Assembly (NCBI GenBank): GCA_900617105.1
Contig: UYFQ01000006.1
Location: forward strand, 1-64,000
DNA: 64,000 nucleotides
Reading direction: 5' to 3'
Source: Hydrurus foetidus
Lineage: Eukaryota
Shown here in pieces: positions 49,311 through 58,228 of this stretch. Within the stretch, counting starts at the first letter, position 1. The number at the start of each line of letters is the position of its first letter. The translations under genes were made by a program, and so were the position numbers. The notes below the pieces were generated by a model. It had not been told where the DNA came from. It saw nothing but the letters and a program-made list of their open reading frames with translations, and did no database searches.

Positions 49311-49796
49311 GTGCCTCCGGTGACTTCAAAGCACAAAGGCTTTACCCTCCTGGAGCTGCTGGTGGTTGTCGCCATCATCGCCCTGGGCACTGCCGGTGTG
49401 GCCTTTGCCATGCGCGACGGGGCGCAGTCGCAATTGGAACGTGAAGCGGCCCGGCTGTCAGCCCTGATGGAATCAGCCCGTGCGCAGTCCCGCAGCAGCG
49501 GCGTACCGGTGCGCTGGGTGCCCAGTCCGCAGGGCTTTCGGTTTGAAGGCTTGCCGCCCAACACCCTGCCTGAAAACTGGCTCCATACCGATACCGCCGT
49601 GCAAAGTGCAGGGCAAAGCAGCGGGCAAGCCGTCGGACAAAACCCCCAGCGCAGCATCACGCTGGGGCCAGAGCCGCTGATTGGCCGGCAAACCATCACC
49701 TTGACCAGCATCACCAGCGCAGGCCGCACCGTGGCGATTGGCACCGATGGGCTGCGGCCCTTCACGGTGCTGAACGGTGAGACGGGGCTGCCTTGA
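49311..49796 (+). CDS. gspH: T2SS minor pseudopilin H
   Basis: KGFTLLELLVV; position after gspG. Confidence 0.85.
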   Translation: MPPVTSKHKGFTLLELLVVVAIIALGTAGVAFAMRDGAQSQLEREAARLSALMESARAQSRSSGVPVRWVPSPQGFRFEGLPPNTLPENWLHTDTAVQSAGQSSGQAVGQNPQRSITLGPEPLIGRQTITLTSITSAGRTVAIGTDGLRPFTVLNGETGLP

Positions 49797-50158
49797 ACCG
49801 CTGTCGCCCAGTCCGTGGCTTCACCCTGATTGAAGTCCTGGTCGCCCTGGCCATCGTCGCCATCGCACTGATTGCGGGACTGCAAGCCACTGGGGCACTC
49901 ATCAACAACGCCCAGCGCCAGTCCGACATGCTGCTGGCCCAGCTGTGCGCCGACAACGCACTCGTGCAAGTGCGCCTGACCCCTCAAATGCCCCCCGTGG
50001 GCGACAGCAGTGCCAGTTGCACCCAGGCCGACCGCGTGTTCGATGTCACCCTCACCGTGCGCCCCACGCCCAACCCCAGCTTTCGACGGGTGGACGCGCA
50101 GGTAACGCAGGGCGGCTACAGCCTGATGCGGTTTTCGACCGTGGTGGGGCGTTACTGA
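49793..50158 (+). CDS. gspI: T2SS minor pseudopilin I
   Basis: RGFTLIEVLVALAI and TPNPSFRRV motifs. Confidence 0.9.
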   Translation: MNRCRPVRGFTLIEVLVALAIVAIALIAGLQATGALINNAQRQSDMLLAQLCADNALVQVRLTPQMPPVGDSSASCTQADRVFDVTLTVRPTPNPSFRRVDAQVTQGGYSLMRFSTVVGRY

Positions 50159-50883
50159 TGAAGTCGATGAAGCTGACGAAGCCAATGGGATGCTACAAAA
50201 AACAGAGCTTACCTAGCAAATACAGCATCGGCTTCACGCTGATTGAGCTGATGGTAGCGATCAGCGTGCTGGCCCTGATCGCTATCCTGAGTTGGCGCGG
50301 GCTGGACGGCATGATGCGGGCGCAGACCACAACGCAAACCCGCTCTGACCAGATCATCGCCACCCAATCTACCCTGGGCCAATGGAGCGCAGACCTGGAC
50401 GCGCTGGTGCAAATCAGCACCCTGCCCCCGCTGGACTGGAACGGCCAAGTGCTGCGCATGACGCGGCGCAGCCTGTCCGCCCCCGCCGACGGTCTGCTGG
50501 TGGTGGGCTGGACGACCCGCGTGGTGAACGGCCAAACCCAGTGGCTGCGCTGGCAATCGCCCCCGCTGGTCAACCGAGGTGACCTGCAAACCGCCTGGGC
50601 CAGAGCCGCAAGCTGGGCCCGCAACCCCAGCGACGACGACAAAAACCGTGAAGTGCAGCTCAGCGCCCTCAGCGAATGGCAGATTTTTTACTACCGGGGC
50701 AACGCCTGGAGCAGCCCGTTTTCCAGCGACAGCAGCGGGCAAAGTGGTACGCCAGCAGTCCCCGCCGATGTGACCATGCCCGATGGCGTGCGCTTGGTCT
50801 TGACGCTACCCTCCAGCCATCCGTTATCAGGAAAATTGACAATCGACTGGGTGCGCCCCACCATGAGCGGAGGCAAGAATTGA
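50158..50883 (+). CDS. gspJ: T2SS minor pseudopilin J
   Basis: GFTLIELMVAISVLA..SWRGLDGM; TGATG overlap. Confidence 0.88.
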   Translation: MKSMKLTKPMGCYKKQSLPSKYSIGFTLIELMVAISVLALIAILSWRGLDGMMRAQTTTQTRSDQIIATQSTLGQWSADLDALVQISTLPPLDWNGQVLRMTRRSLSAPADGLLVVGWTTRVVNGQTQWLRWQSPPLVNRGDLQTAWARAASWARNPSDDDKNREVQLSALSEWQIFYYRGNAWSSPFSSDSSGQSGTPAVPADVTMPDGVRLVLTLPSSHPLSGKLTIDWVRPTMSGGKN

Positions 50884-51914
50884 GCCCCAAGCCCCTGTCC
50901 CAATCTTCCAAACCGTCCCCCAAAGGGGGAAGGAGCTATACCCGCTCTTCCCGTCAACGCGGAGCCGCCCTGCTCGCTGCCATGCTCACCGTCACCCTGG
51001 TCGCGACCATCGCCAGCGCCGCCATGTGGCAGCAGTGGCGCAGCGTGGAGATCGAATCCGCAGAACGCGCCCGCGCCCAAAACGCCTGGATCCTGACCGG
51101 AGCGCTGGACTGGGCACGCCTCATCTTGCGCGAAGATGCCCGCAGCGGCGGCGCGGACGATTTAAGCGAACCCTGGGCCGTGCCGCTGGCCGAATCGCGC
51201 TTGTCCACCTTTTTGGCCGCTGCGGATCAGAACGCCAGCACCGACACTGGCGACAGCGCGTCCGAGAGTTTTTTGTCGGGCAGCATCAGCGATTTACAGG
51301 CCCGCCTGAACCTGATGAACTTGGTGGACAGCAACAAGATCAGCCCCACCGGCTTTGCCAGCTTCAAGCGCCTGTTTGAGCTGCTGGGCTTGTCCCCCAG
51401 CGAATTGACCCTGCTTGCCACCAACCTGCGCAACGCCTTGGACACCAGCGCCGAAAGCACTGCTGGTGCGCAATCCCCCTTGCAACCCCAGCGCCCACCC
51501 GAGCTGGCCTGGCTAGGGCTCAGCCCCGTCACCATCGCCGTGCTGCAACCCTACGTGGTGATGCTGCCCAGCCGCACCCCCATCAACCTGAACACCGCGT
51601 CCGCCGAGGTGATTTACGCCGCCATCCCCAAGCTGGACATGGCTCTGGCCAAAAAACTGGTCAGCGAGCGCGAGCGCACGCCCTTCAAAACACTGGCCAA
51701 TGCCACCACGCTGCTTTCTGGCATCGAGCTGAACGCAACTGACCACGCTGTAGCCACCCGCTACTTTGAAGTGCGCGGCCAACTGCGCACCCCACGTGGT
51801 GTGGTGAAAGAGCAGTCGCTGGTGCAGCGCGACGGGCTGGACGTGCGCATCTTGCGGCGAGAACGGGTGATGCCTGATTCGCGCAGCGTGGGTGAGAACA
51901 CCGTCAACCGTTGA
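50880..51914 (+). CDS. gspK: T2SS minor pseudopilin K
   Basis: QRGAALL, DWARLIL, EPWA, DLQARLNL and INLNTA motifs. Confidence 0.9.
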   Translation: MSPKPLSQSSKPSPKGGRSYTRSSRQRGAALLAAMLTVTLVATIASAAMWQQWRSVEIESAERARAQNAWILTGALDWARLILREDARSGGADDLSEPWAVPLAESRLSTFLAAADQNASTDTGDSASESFLSGSISDLQARLNLMNLVDSNKISPTGFASFKRLFELLGLSPSELTLLATNLRNALDTSAESTAGAQSPLQPQRPPELAWLGLSPVTIAVLQPYVVMLPSRTPINLNTASAEVIYAAIPKLDMALAKKLVSERERTPFKTLANATTLLSGIELNATDHAVATRYFEVRGQLRTPRGVVKEQSLVQRDGLDVRILRRERVMPDSRSVGENTVNR

Positions 51915-51926
51915 ATCAGGCGATCA

Positions 51927-52105
51927 GTGATGCCCTTTGACATCAAAGGCGCGGCGCTCTTTGGCAAGCTGTCACAGCAATTTCCGAACAAAAAAAGCAG
52001 CGTCGACCAGATGATCGCAGCCCATGCGATGGCACTGGACGTGGTGCTGGTGACGAACAATGTGGCCGATTTGAGCTCTACGGATTGCGCGTGGAGAACT
52101 GGGCT
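51927..52105 (+). pseudogene. VapC (PIN) toxin C-terminal fragment
   Basis: PFD..AA..F...DQMIAAHAMALDVVLVTNN.AD, then frameshifted YGLRVENW. N-terminus absent. Confidence 0.7.
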
Positions 52106-52109
52106 GTCG

Positions 52110-52204
52110 GCTGACGGCCAACCCATGTCCGCAGCCAACCAGTTCTACAGCCTCGCCGCTTGATCACTGAGCCAACCGAGCAACTCTTTTCGGCCCAACC
52201 CCAC
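52110..52204 (+). mobile_element. IS6-family 3' remnant
   Basis: DGQPMSAANQFYSLAA*. 52126-52156 is identical over 31 bp to 92-122. Confidence 0.75.
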
Positions 52205-52239
52205 AAAGGTGACTGCTGTTCATCAGACTTTGGCGGAAA

Positions 52240-55200
52240 TCACAGGTCGACGATAACGACCCCTCCTTTTTCGGCCGCACGACTTTGACACAGGATCATT
52301 GAGCCCTTGCGCTGCGCTTTCGACAGCACAAAGTCTCGGTGATCAACTTCGCCGGAAACCACGGTGCATTTGCACACGCCGCAAATTCCGTCCGAACACT
52401 TCACATCCACATGCACTCCCAGTGCGGCCAACATGTCGGTCGCGGATTTGTCGGAGGGGACTAGTACATCGCGACCGGATTTAGCAAGCCTGAGCGTGAA
52501 ATCGTGGTTCACGTAGTCGGGCTGCTCAGGGACCGAAAAATACTCCAGATGCCGCGCCTCCTCTGGAAACCCAGCAAGCTCAGCAGCCTTCATCACGCCC
52601 GACATGTATCGGTCTGCCCCACACGCATAAACATGCCAGCCTTCGCGGTAGCCTGCCATGATCTGCTCAAGGTCTGCGCGGCTGGCTTCGTCGGTGACGT
52701 GCAATCGCACGCGGTGGGTCCACGCAAACCCGGCAAGGTCGCGCAAATAGCCCATCGAAAGACGGTTTTTGCCGGAGTAGTGCAGCTCGAAACTGCGGCC
52801 CTGTGCATGCAGCTCATGCGCCATAGCGATCATGGGGGTGATCCCGATGCCGCCGCCCATCAGCACCGAATGGGTTGCCGTGGCATCCAACGGAAAATGG
52901 TTAATGGGACGCGATACAAAGATCCGTCGACCCGTTTCGAAAATTCGGTGCAAGAGCTTTGACCCGCCCCTGCCTGCGTCCTCGCGCAGGACGCCGATCT
53001 GGTAGGTCGATCGATCAGCAGGATTACCCGACATCGAATACTGTCGCAGGAACTCTGGCGCAACCACGATATCCAGATGAGCCCCTGCCTGCCAGGCAGG
53101 GAGATCGCCGCCTGACACAGGCTGAAACTCGTATTTCGTCACCCCATCGGCCATGACTTCGGCCTTGGTGATCTGCACCTGAATGACGGGGCTTTCTCCA
53201 TCGGCGCAATAGACATGCGCCAACCCGTCGGTTTCGCCCCGTTCCAGCCGCGCTTTGTATTCTGTTGCCGTGATCATTGCCTGATAGGCCTCGATCCCTT
53301 TCTCGCGGTCCATGGGGAATGGATAAGGCCAGGGATGCGGTGCCAGATGGGCAGGATAGACGGCCAGCGTCTGATCACTGTGGCGAAGGTCGAGACCCGT
53401 CTGCAGACTGCGGGCATTGACTGGTTTTTTCGTCGGGCGATATCCCCCGTCCTCTTCAATTTCGAGATCCCACCACCATTTCTTGACCAAGTTCAGCCTT
53501 CCGTTGCCCACCAGGTCGTCAATTCGCGCCAGCGCAGGGGCCAGTTTGGGCACATTCATCGCCGCCCACCGAAAAGGTTTTTCCTTGAATATGCCTTCAA
53601 GGTTCCAGGGGCAGGTCTTCATGCACCGCCCGCACATGGCCCCCCCAGGCGTGGAGATCCGGTAGGTCGTACATTTCTGACTGTCGCTTTTCCAGATTTC
53701 GTAGCCGTTGAACATCAGCTTGGGCCCGGCAGTGATCGCACCAGAAGGGCATTCGCGGGCGCATTTGTTGCAGGATTCGCAGAATGTCTGCAGTCCAAAA
53801 TCGATGGGCTTGTCATGCGCCATCGGCAGGTCAGTCGTCACAACGCCGGATTTCAGGCGCGGACCCAAAAACGGGTTAAGAATCACCTCTCCGATCCGGC
53901 TGACCTCCCCCAAGCCTGACAACAGCAGAAGTGGCGGCTGCAGCACCTCACCATCCATCACCGTATGCGCTTTGGCCGAATAGCCCAGATTGCGGATCTG
54001 CCGCGCCAGAACACCGCCCAGCAGCGAAAACCGAAGATAGGCACGCATCGACTGAGCCACCGCGATCCAGTCGTCACCCGACGATCCCTCCATCGTCTCA
54101 TAACCTTGATCGACGATCATGCTGATTGCCTGACCATGAGGCGGATTGATCACGTCACCGCGCGCGTCATGCGAATACCACGCCCATTCTGGGCAGCGGC
54201 TGATGCCCACGGCGTCAATCCCCAGCCAATAGCTGGTGGCCTTGACCAGATCGGCGGCCTCTTGTGGGTCGAGTCGGATTTTTTCTGACGCAGATGTGCC
54301 GTCCTGTAACAGGACAAAAGCCCCCAAGGCCCGACGCTGTGCCATCGAGGGTGCGGCTTTGCGCACGTAGTGGCCTCCTTTGGCCCCGTCCTGAAGGTTC
54401 TTGCCCATATCACCGAACTGGGCGCGGGCGAACATGTCGGCTCGTTTGGGAACACGCGCTACCCGAGGTTCGTCGATATACGTCGTGGGCTTATCCACTC
54501 GCCGCAGGTTCTCAAACGGATGAACGCCGTCTTTGAATTGCCGTTTCGCATAGGGCACAGCATTCATTGCATTTCGCACCGAGCGTGTCCCAGCTTTCCA
54601 TGCCACACCAAAGGCCGATGCAGGTTGATCCCTGCGCGGTGCCAGTGGCGAGTCCGGGGCAATGGCAAAAGCAGTGCTCACCGCCGCCAGTCCGAACCGT
54701 GTTCCGATATACGGATGGGTCAGCACGCCACATTCCACGGTGACAAGACCAGCCGCTACCGCCAAGCGGTTCAAATCCACGTCACTGGACGACACCGTGT
54801 GCGCGCGCGAGTCGTACCCCAGAAGCCGCAGATAATTTGCCAGCACGACGGCTGTTTCGGCCGCCAACATCCCAGCGCGGTGCGCTTGTGCATCGGCAAT
54901 CCAGCCCGTTCCCGGCTCATTCGGGTGTGGATCGCGGGGGTTTTCGTACAAGAACACCAGTGCATGGGTCTGTCCGTCGATAGAGCTTGGTGGCGCTTCC
55001 ATCGACTCCTTCAGATCGGACATGATCATGTCAATGCCCGATGCCAGCGTTTTGGTCTGGCGTGTGCGCAGGTCTTGTGCCAGTTGGGCCACGTCGAGAT
55101 TCACAAAAGGCACCGCCAACAATGCCTCTGGTTGCAATTGGCAAATTCCGACCGCCGCCGCATCACAGAAATAGCCGAAAGATTTGAGATGATTGGCGCG

Positions 55201-55446
55201 CTCAACCAGGTCGGGCGGCGTTTCTGCCACTGCCCGGTTGACGAGGCCGTCGCGGATGGCATCCAGCATCGCCTGATGTTCGCGCATTGCATTCACGATC
55301 GATGCCGGATCGGCGGGCCGGTCAAACGTCAGCGCCTGCATCACGGGGATATCGCCGAATGCAAACGGCGTCGTTTGCCGAGTCAGCAGTTCCGTTGGAA
55401 AGGGCCCAAGATGCACGGAGCGATTTTTGGTGGAGAAAAGGCGCAT
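52240..55446 (-). CDS. Catabolic reductive dehalogenase fused to FAD/NAD(P)H reductase and 2Fe-2S ferredoxin (BhbA/NpRdhA-like)
   Basis: HLGPFP N-terminus, DW...QSMRAY, GLGEVSRIG..GPRLKS, FCESCNKCARECP, CGRCMKTCPWN, RQYSM, GGGIGITP and CSDGICGVC motifs. Start 55446 or 55452. Confidence 0.9.
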   Translation of the reverse strand: MRLFSTKNRSVHLGPFPTELLTRQTTPFAFGDIPVMQALTFDRPADPASIVNAMREHQAMLDAIRDGLVNRAVAETPPDLVERANHLKSFGYFCDAAAVGICQLQPEALLAVPFVNLDVAQLAQDLRTRQTKTLASGIDMIMSDLKESMEAPPSSIDGQTHALVFLYENPRDPHPNEPGTGWIADAQAHRAGMLAAETAVVLANYLRLLGYDSRAHTVSSSDVDLNRLAVAAGLVTVECGVLTHPYIGTRFGLAAVSTAFAIAPDSPLAPRRDQPASAFGVAWKAGTRSVRNAMNAVPYAKRQFKDGVHPFENLRRVDKPTTYIDEPRVARVPKRADMFARAQFGDMGKNLQDGAKGGHYVRKAAPSMAQRRALGAFVLLQDGTSASEKIRLDPQEAADLVKATSYWLGIDAVGISRCPEWAWYSHDARGDVINPPHGQAISMIVDQGYETMEGSSGDDWIAVAQSMRAYLRFSLLGGVLARQIRNLGYSAKAHTVMDGEVLQPPLLLLSGLGEVSRIGEVILNPFLGPRLKSGVVTTDLPMAHDKPIDFGLQTFCESCNKCARECPSGAITAGPKLMFNGYEIWKSDSQKCTTYRISTPGGAMCGRCMKTCPWNLEGIFKEKPFRWAAMNVPKLAPALARIDDLVGNGRLNLVKKWWWDLEIEEDGGYRPTKKPVNARSLQTGLDLRHSDQTLAVYPAHLAPHPWPYPFPMDREKGIEAYQAMITATEYKARLERGETDGLAHVYCADGESPVIQVQITKAEVMADGVTKYEFQPVSGGDLPAWQAGAHLDIVVAPEFLRQYSMSGNPADRSTYQIGVLREDAGRGGSKLLHRIFETGRRIFVSRPINHFPLDATATHSVLMGGGIGITPMIAMAHELHAQGRSFELHYSGKNRLSMGYLRDLAGFAWTHRVRLHVTDEASRADLEQIMAGYREGWHVYACGADRYMSGVMKAAELAGFPEEARHLEYFSVPEQPDYVNHDFTLRLAKSGRDVLVPSDKSATDMLAALGVHVDVKCSDGICGVCKCTVVSGEVDHRDFVLSKAQRKGSMILCQSRAAEKGGVVIVDL

Positions 55447-55528
55447 GGGCATAGCGTAGGTCCGGTTGATCAAGCTTTGCAGCAGATGCGAGCCCCCGCA
55501 TAGGCGATGGCATGAGTCGCAATTAATT

Positions 55529-55547
55529 TAGTTACCAATGAAAACTA
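55529..55547. promoter_or_regulatory. Imperfect palindrome TAGTT-N9-AACTA, candidate MarR operator
   Basis: In the AT-rich spacer between the divergent dehalogenase and MarR genes. Confidence 0.5.
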
Positions 55548-55598
55548 TTATAAAACGCAATATTAATCTGTCGTCAAGATTTTCGTTATGCTGAACAC

Positions 55599-56084
55599 AT
55601 GGCCATACAAAACTTGCCCCCAAAAACAAACCCTTTGCCCAGCGATTACCGGCTGCACAGCCGGCTTGGATATCGCCTGAGTCGCCTTTCGCGGATGATG
55701 CAGGCGAAGCTGGGAAACGAGCTGGAGCCACACGGGATGAACCGGCTGAAATGGTGCGCCCTGTCGGGCGTTGCAATGGAAGGTCTGACATCCCCGTCAG
55801 ACCTGGCAGCGCATATTGGTATCACGCGACCCGCAACCTCGCGTCTGCTTAAGGCCATGGAACAAGAGTGTTTGATTGCGCGTGCTTTAACTGTGGACGA
55901 TGGACGCGCGCGTGAAATTCAAATAACGGAACTGGGACGCGAAAAAATCGCGGTGTGCTGGCCGCTGGTGAACGAAAATGACCGCCACTTTGTCAGCAAG
56001 CTGGCCGCTGACGACTTGGTGAAGTTGTTTCTGGCACTGGACGAATTGACGCGTGGCGAAACTGCAGAACTGGACGATATTTGA
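55599..56084 (+). CDS. MarR-family regulator
   Basis: LGYRLSR, PSDLA..ITRPATSRLL and DGRAR.I.IT..G motifs. Confidence 0.92.
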   Translation: MAIQNLPPKTNPLPSDYRLHSRLGYRLSRLSRMMQAKLGNELEPHGMNRLKWCALSGVAMEGLTSPSDLAAHIGITRPATSRLLKAMEQECLIARALTVDDGRAREIQITELGREKIAVCWPLVNENDRHFVSKLAADDLVKLFLALDELTRGETAELDDI

Positions 56085-56101
56085 CGGCGCTGTTGTGGTT
56101 T

Positions 56102-56319
56102 GGTTCTGTCGCATTAAGCATAAAGGCCAATCCAGCCCATGCGTGATTTCCGCAAAAGTCTGATGAACAGTACCTTGAACAAGATCCTCAAACGGCGACA
56201 CTACCCACTTGAAGTCATGCTCGAATCCTCATTGGAGGCATCGAGACAATGCACATGATTCGCAAGGGGCAGATGGACGGCCCCAAGGGATCGCCAGACG
56301 CCACTAATGCGACAGAACC
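56102..56319 (+). mobile_element. 218-bp internally deleted IS6 derivative (MITE-like)
   Basis: Perfect 15-bp IRs GGTTCTGTCGCATTA / TAATGCGACAGAACC enclose the transposase start (LKRRHYPLEVM) joined to near-end sequence (ILIGGIETMHMIRKGQ). Confidence 0.88.
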
Positions 56320-56341
56320 AATTTGCCATCTGTCTGCCGCC

Positions 56342-58207
56342 TTATGCCGCATCCTCCGCCAAAAACCCACCACTCTGGTGCGCCCACAGCCGCGCATACA
56401 GCCCGTCTTGGGCCAAGAGGGTGCGGTGGTCGCCCATTTCGACGATGCGGCCCTGGTCGATGACGATCAACCTGTCCATCGCAGCGATGGTGGAGAGACG
56501 GTGGGCGATGGCGATCACGGTTTTGCCGTGCATCAGGGTGTTCAGGCTGGCCTGGATGGCGGCTTCCACCTCGGAATCGAGGGCGCTGGTGGCCTCATCC
56601 AGCAACAAAATAGGCGCGTCTTTCAGCATCACCCGCGCAATGGCGATGCGCTGGCGCTGACCGCCTGAGAGCTTCACCCCGCGCTCGCCCACGTGCGCGT
56701 CGTAGCCGGTGCGGCCTTTGGGGTCGCTCAAGCCCGCAATGAAATCTTGCGCTTCAGCCTGGGCGGCGGCGCGTTCCACATCCGCTTGGGTGGCATCGGG
56801 GCGGCCATAGAGGATGTTGTCACGCAGCGAGCGGTGCAAGAGCGAGGTGTCTTGCGTCACCATGCCGATATGGCGGCGCAGGCTGTCTTGCGTGACGTGG
56901 GCGATGTCTTGGCCGTCGATCAGGATGCGGCCCGATTCCAGATCGTAGAAACGCAGCAGCAGGTTCACCAAGGTGGACTTGCCTGAGCCTGAGCGGCCAA
57001 TCAGGCCAATCTTCTCGCCAGGGCGCACGGTGAGGGCGAAGTCCGCTATCACTTTGCGCGTTTGACCGTAACCAAAGCTGACGCTCTCGAAGCGCACTTC
57101 ACCGCGAGGCACCGTCAACGCCGCAGCGTTGGGCGCATCCACCACGGTTTGCGGACGCGACAGGGTGTTCAGGCCATCCTGCACGGTGCCGATGTTCTCA
57201 AACAGGCCCGACATTTCCCACATGATCCAGTGCGACATGCCGTTCAGGCGCAGCGCCATCGCCGTGGCCGCAGCCACCGATCCCACACCGATATGCCCAT
57301 CGCTCCACAGCCACAACCCGGTGCCCGCCACGCCCACGATCAGCGCCATGCTGAGCGCGTGGTTGACGATCTCAAACAGGCTGGCCAAGCGCATTTGGCC
57401 GTAGGCGGTGTGCAAGAACTCCTGCATCGCCGAGCGGGCAAAACCGGCCTCGCGCTGGGTGTGGGAAAACAGCTTGACGGTGGCAATGTTGGTGTAAGCG
57501 TCGGTCACCCGCCCCGTCATCAGCGAACGGGCATCGGCCTGCGCTTTGGCGCTCGCGCCCAGGCGCGGCACAAAGAAAAACAGCGCCGCCGCATAGCCTG
57601 CCAGCCACGCCATGAAAGGCAGCACCAGCCAGCCGTCAAAGCCCCCGGCCAGCGCCACCATCGAGAAAAAGTAAACGCCCATGAAGACCATCACATCGGT
57701 CAGCGTCAGCACGGTTTGGCGCACGGCCAGCGCGGTTTGCATCACCTTGGTGGCAATGCGGCCCGCGAAGTCGTCTTGGTAAAACGACAGGCTTTGCCCC
57801 AGCATCAAACGGTGGAAGTTCCAGCGCAAGCGCATGGCAAAGTTGCTCAGCAGGGTTTGGTGCTTGAGCGTAGTTTGCAGCCCCACCAACAGCGTGCTGC
57901 CCATCAACACCGCCGCCATCAGCATGAGCGAGCCGCCTTGATCGGCCCACAGCCGCGCCGGCTCCAACGGCCCGAGGCGGTCTACTATTTTGCCCAGCAG
58001 GGCAATCAGCCACGCCTCAAAACCGGCAATGCACGAGGTGAGCAAGGCCAGCGCGAGAATGTAGCGTCGCATCCCTTCGGTGCCCGCCCACACAAACGCC
58101 AGCAAGCTGCGCGGAGGCAGCGTGGGTTCGGATTCGGGAAAGGGGGGCAGTTGGGTTTCAAACCAAGCGAAAAGGCGAGAAAACAAAGTACGACTCCACA
58201 ACGCCAA
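56342..58207 (-). CDS. ABC exporter, fused permease/ATPase
   Basis: TM domain, GRSGSGKST, LSGGQRQR and LLLDEATSALD motifs. Confidence 0.95.
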   Translation of the reverse strand: MALWSRTLFSRLFAWFETQLPPFPESEPTLPPRSLLAFVWAGTEGMRRYILALALLTSCIAGFEAWLIALLGKIVDRLGPLEPARLWADQGGSLMLMAAVLMGSTLLVGLQTTLKHQTLLSNFAMRLRWNFHRLMLGQSLSFYQDDFAGRIATKVMQTALAVRQTVLTLTDVMVFMGVYFFSMVALAGGFDGWLVLPFMAWLAGYAAALFFFVPRLGASAKAQADARSLMTGRVTDAYTNIATVKLFSHTQREAGFARSAMQEFLHTAYGQMRLASLFEIVNHALSMALIVGVAGTGLWLWSDGHIGVGSVAAATAMALRLNGMSHWIMWEMSGLFENIGTVQDGLNTLSRPQTVVDAPNAAALTVPRGEVRFESVSFGYGQTRKVIADFALTVRPGEKIGLIGRSGSGKSTLVNLLLRFYDLESGRILIDGQDIAHVTQDSLRRHIGMVTQDTSLLHRSLRDNILYGRPDATQADVERAAAQAEAQDFIAGLSDPKGRTGYDAHVGERGVKLSGGQRQRIAIARVMLKDAPILLLDEATSALDSEVEAAIQASLNTLMHGKTVIAIAHRLSTIAAMDRLIVIDQGRIVEMGDHRTLLAQDGLYARLWAHQSGGFLAEDAA

Positions 58208-58228
58208 AAGAGCGATCAGCCTTTGATC

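Noticed and set aside
51927..52163. 78-aa ORF as an intact gene
   Set aside because: It is a chimera of a VapC fragment and an IS6 transposase tail.
55447..55598. Cobalamin riboswitch before the dehalogenase
   Set aside because: The spacer is short and AT-rich, with no B12-box recognisable.
56086..56097. GGCGCTGTTG resembling an IS26-type end
   Set aside because: Too short and no partner repeat was found.
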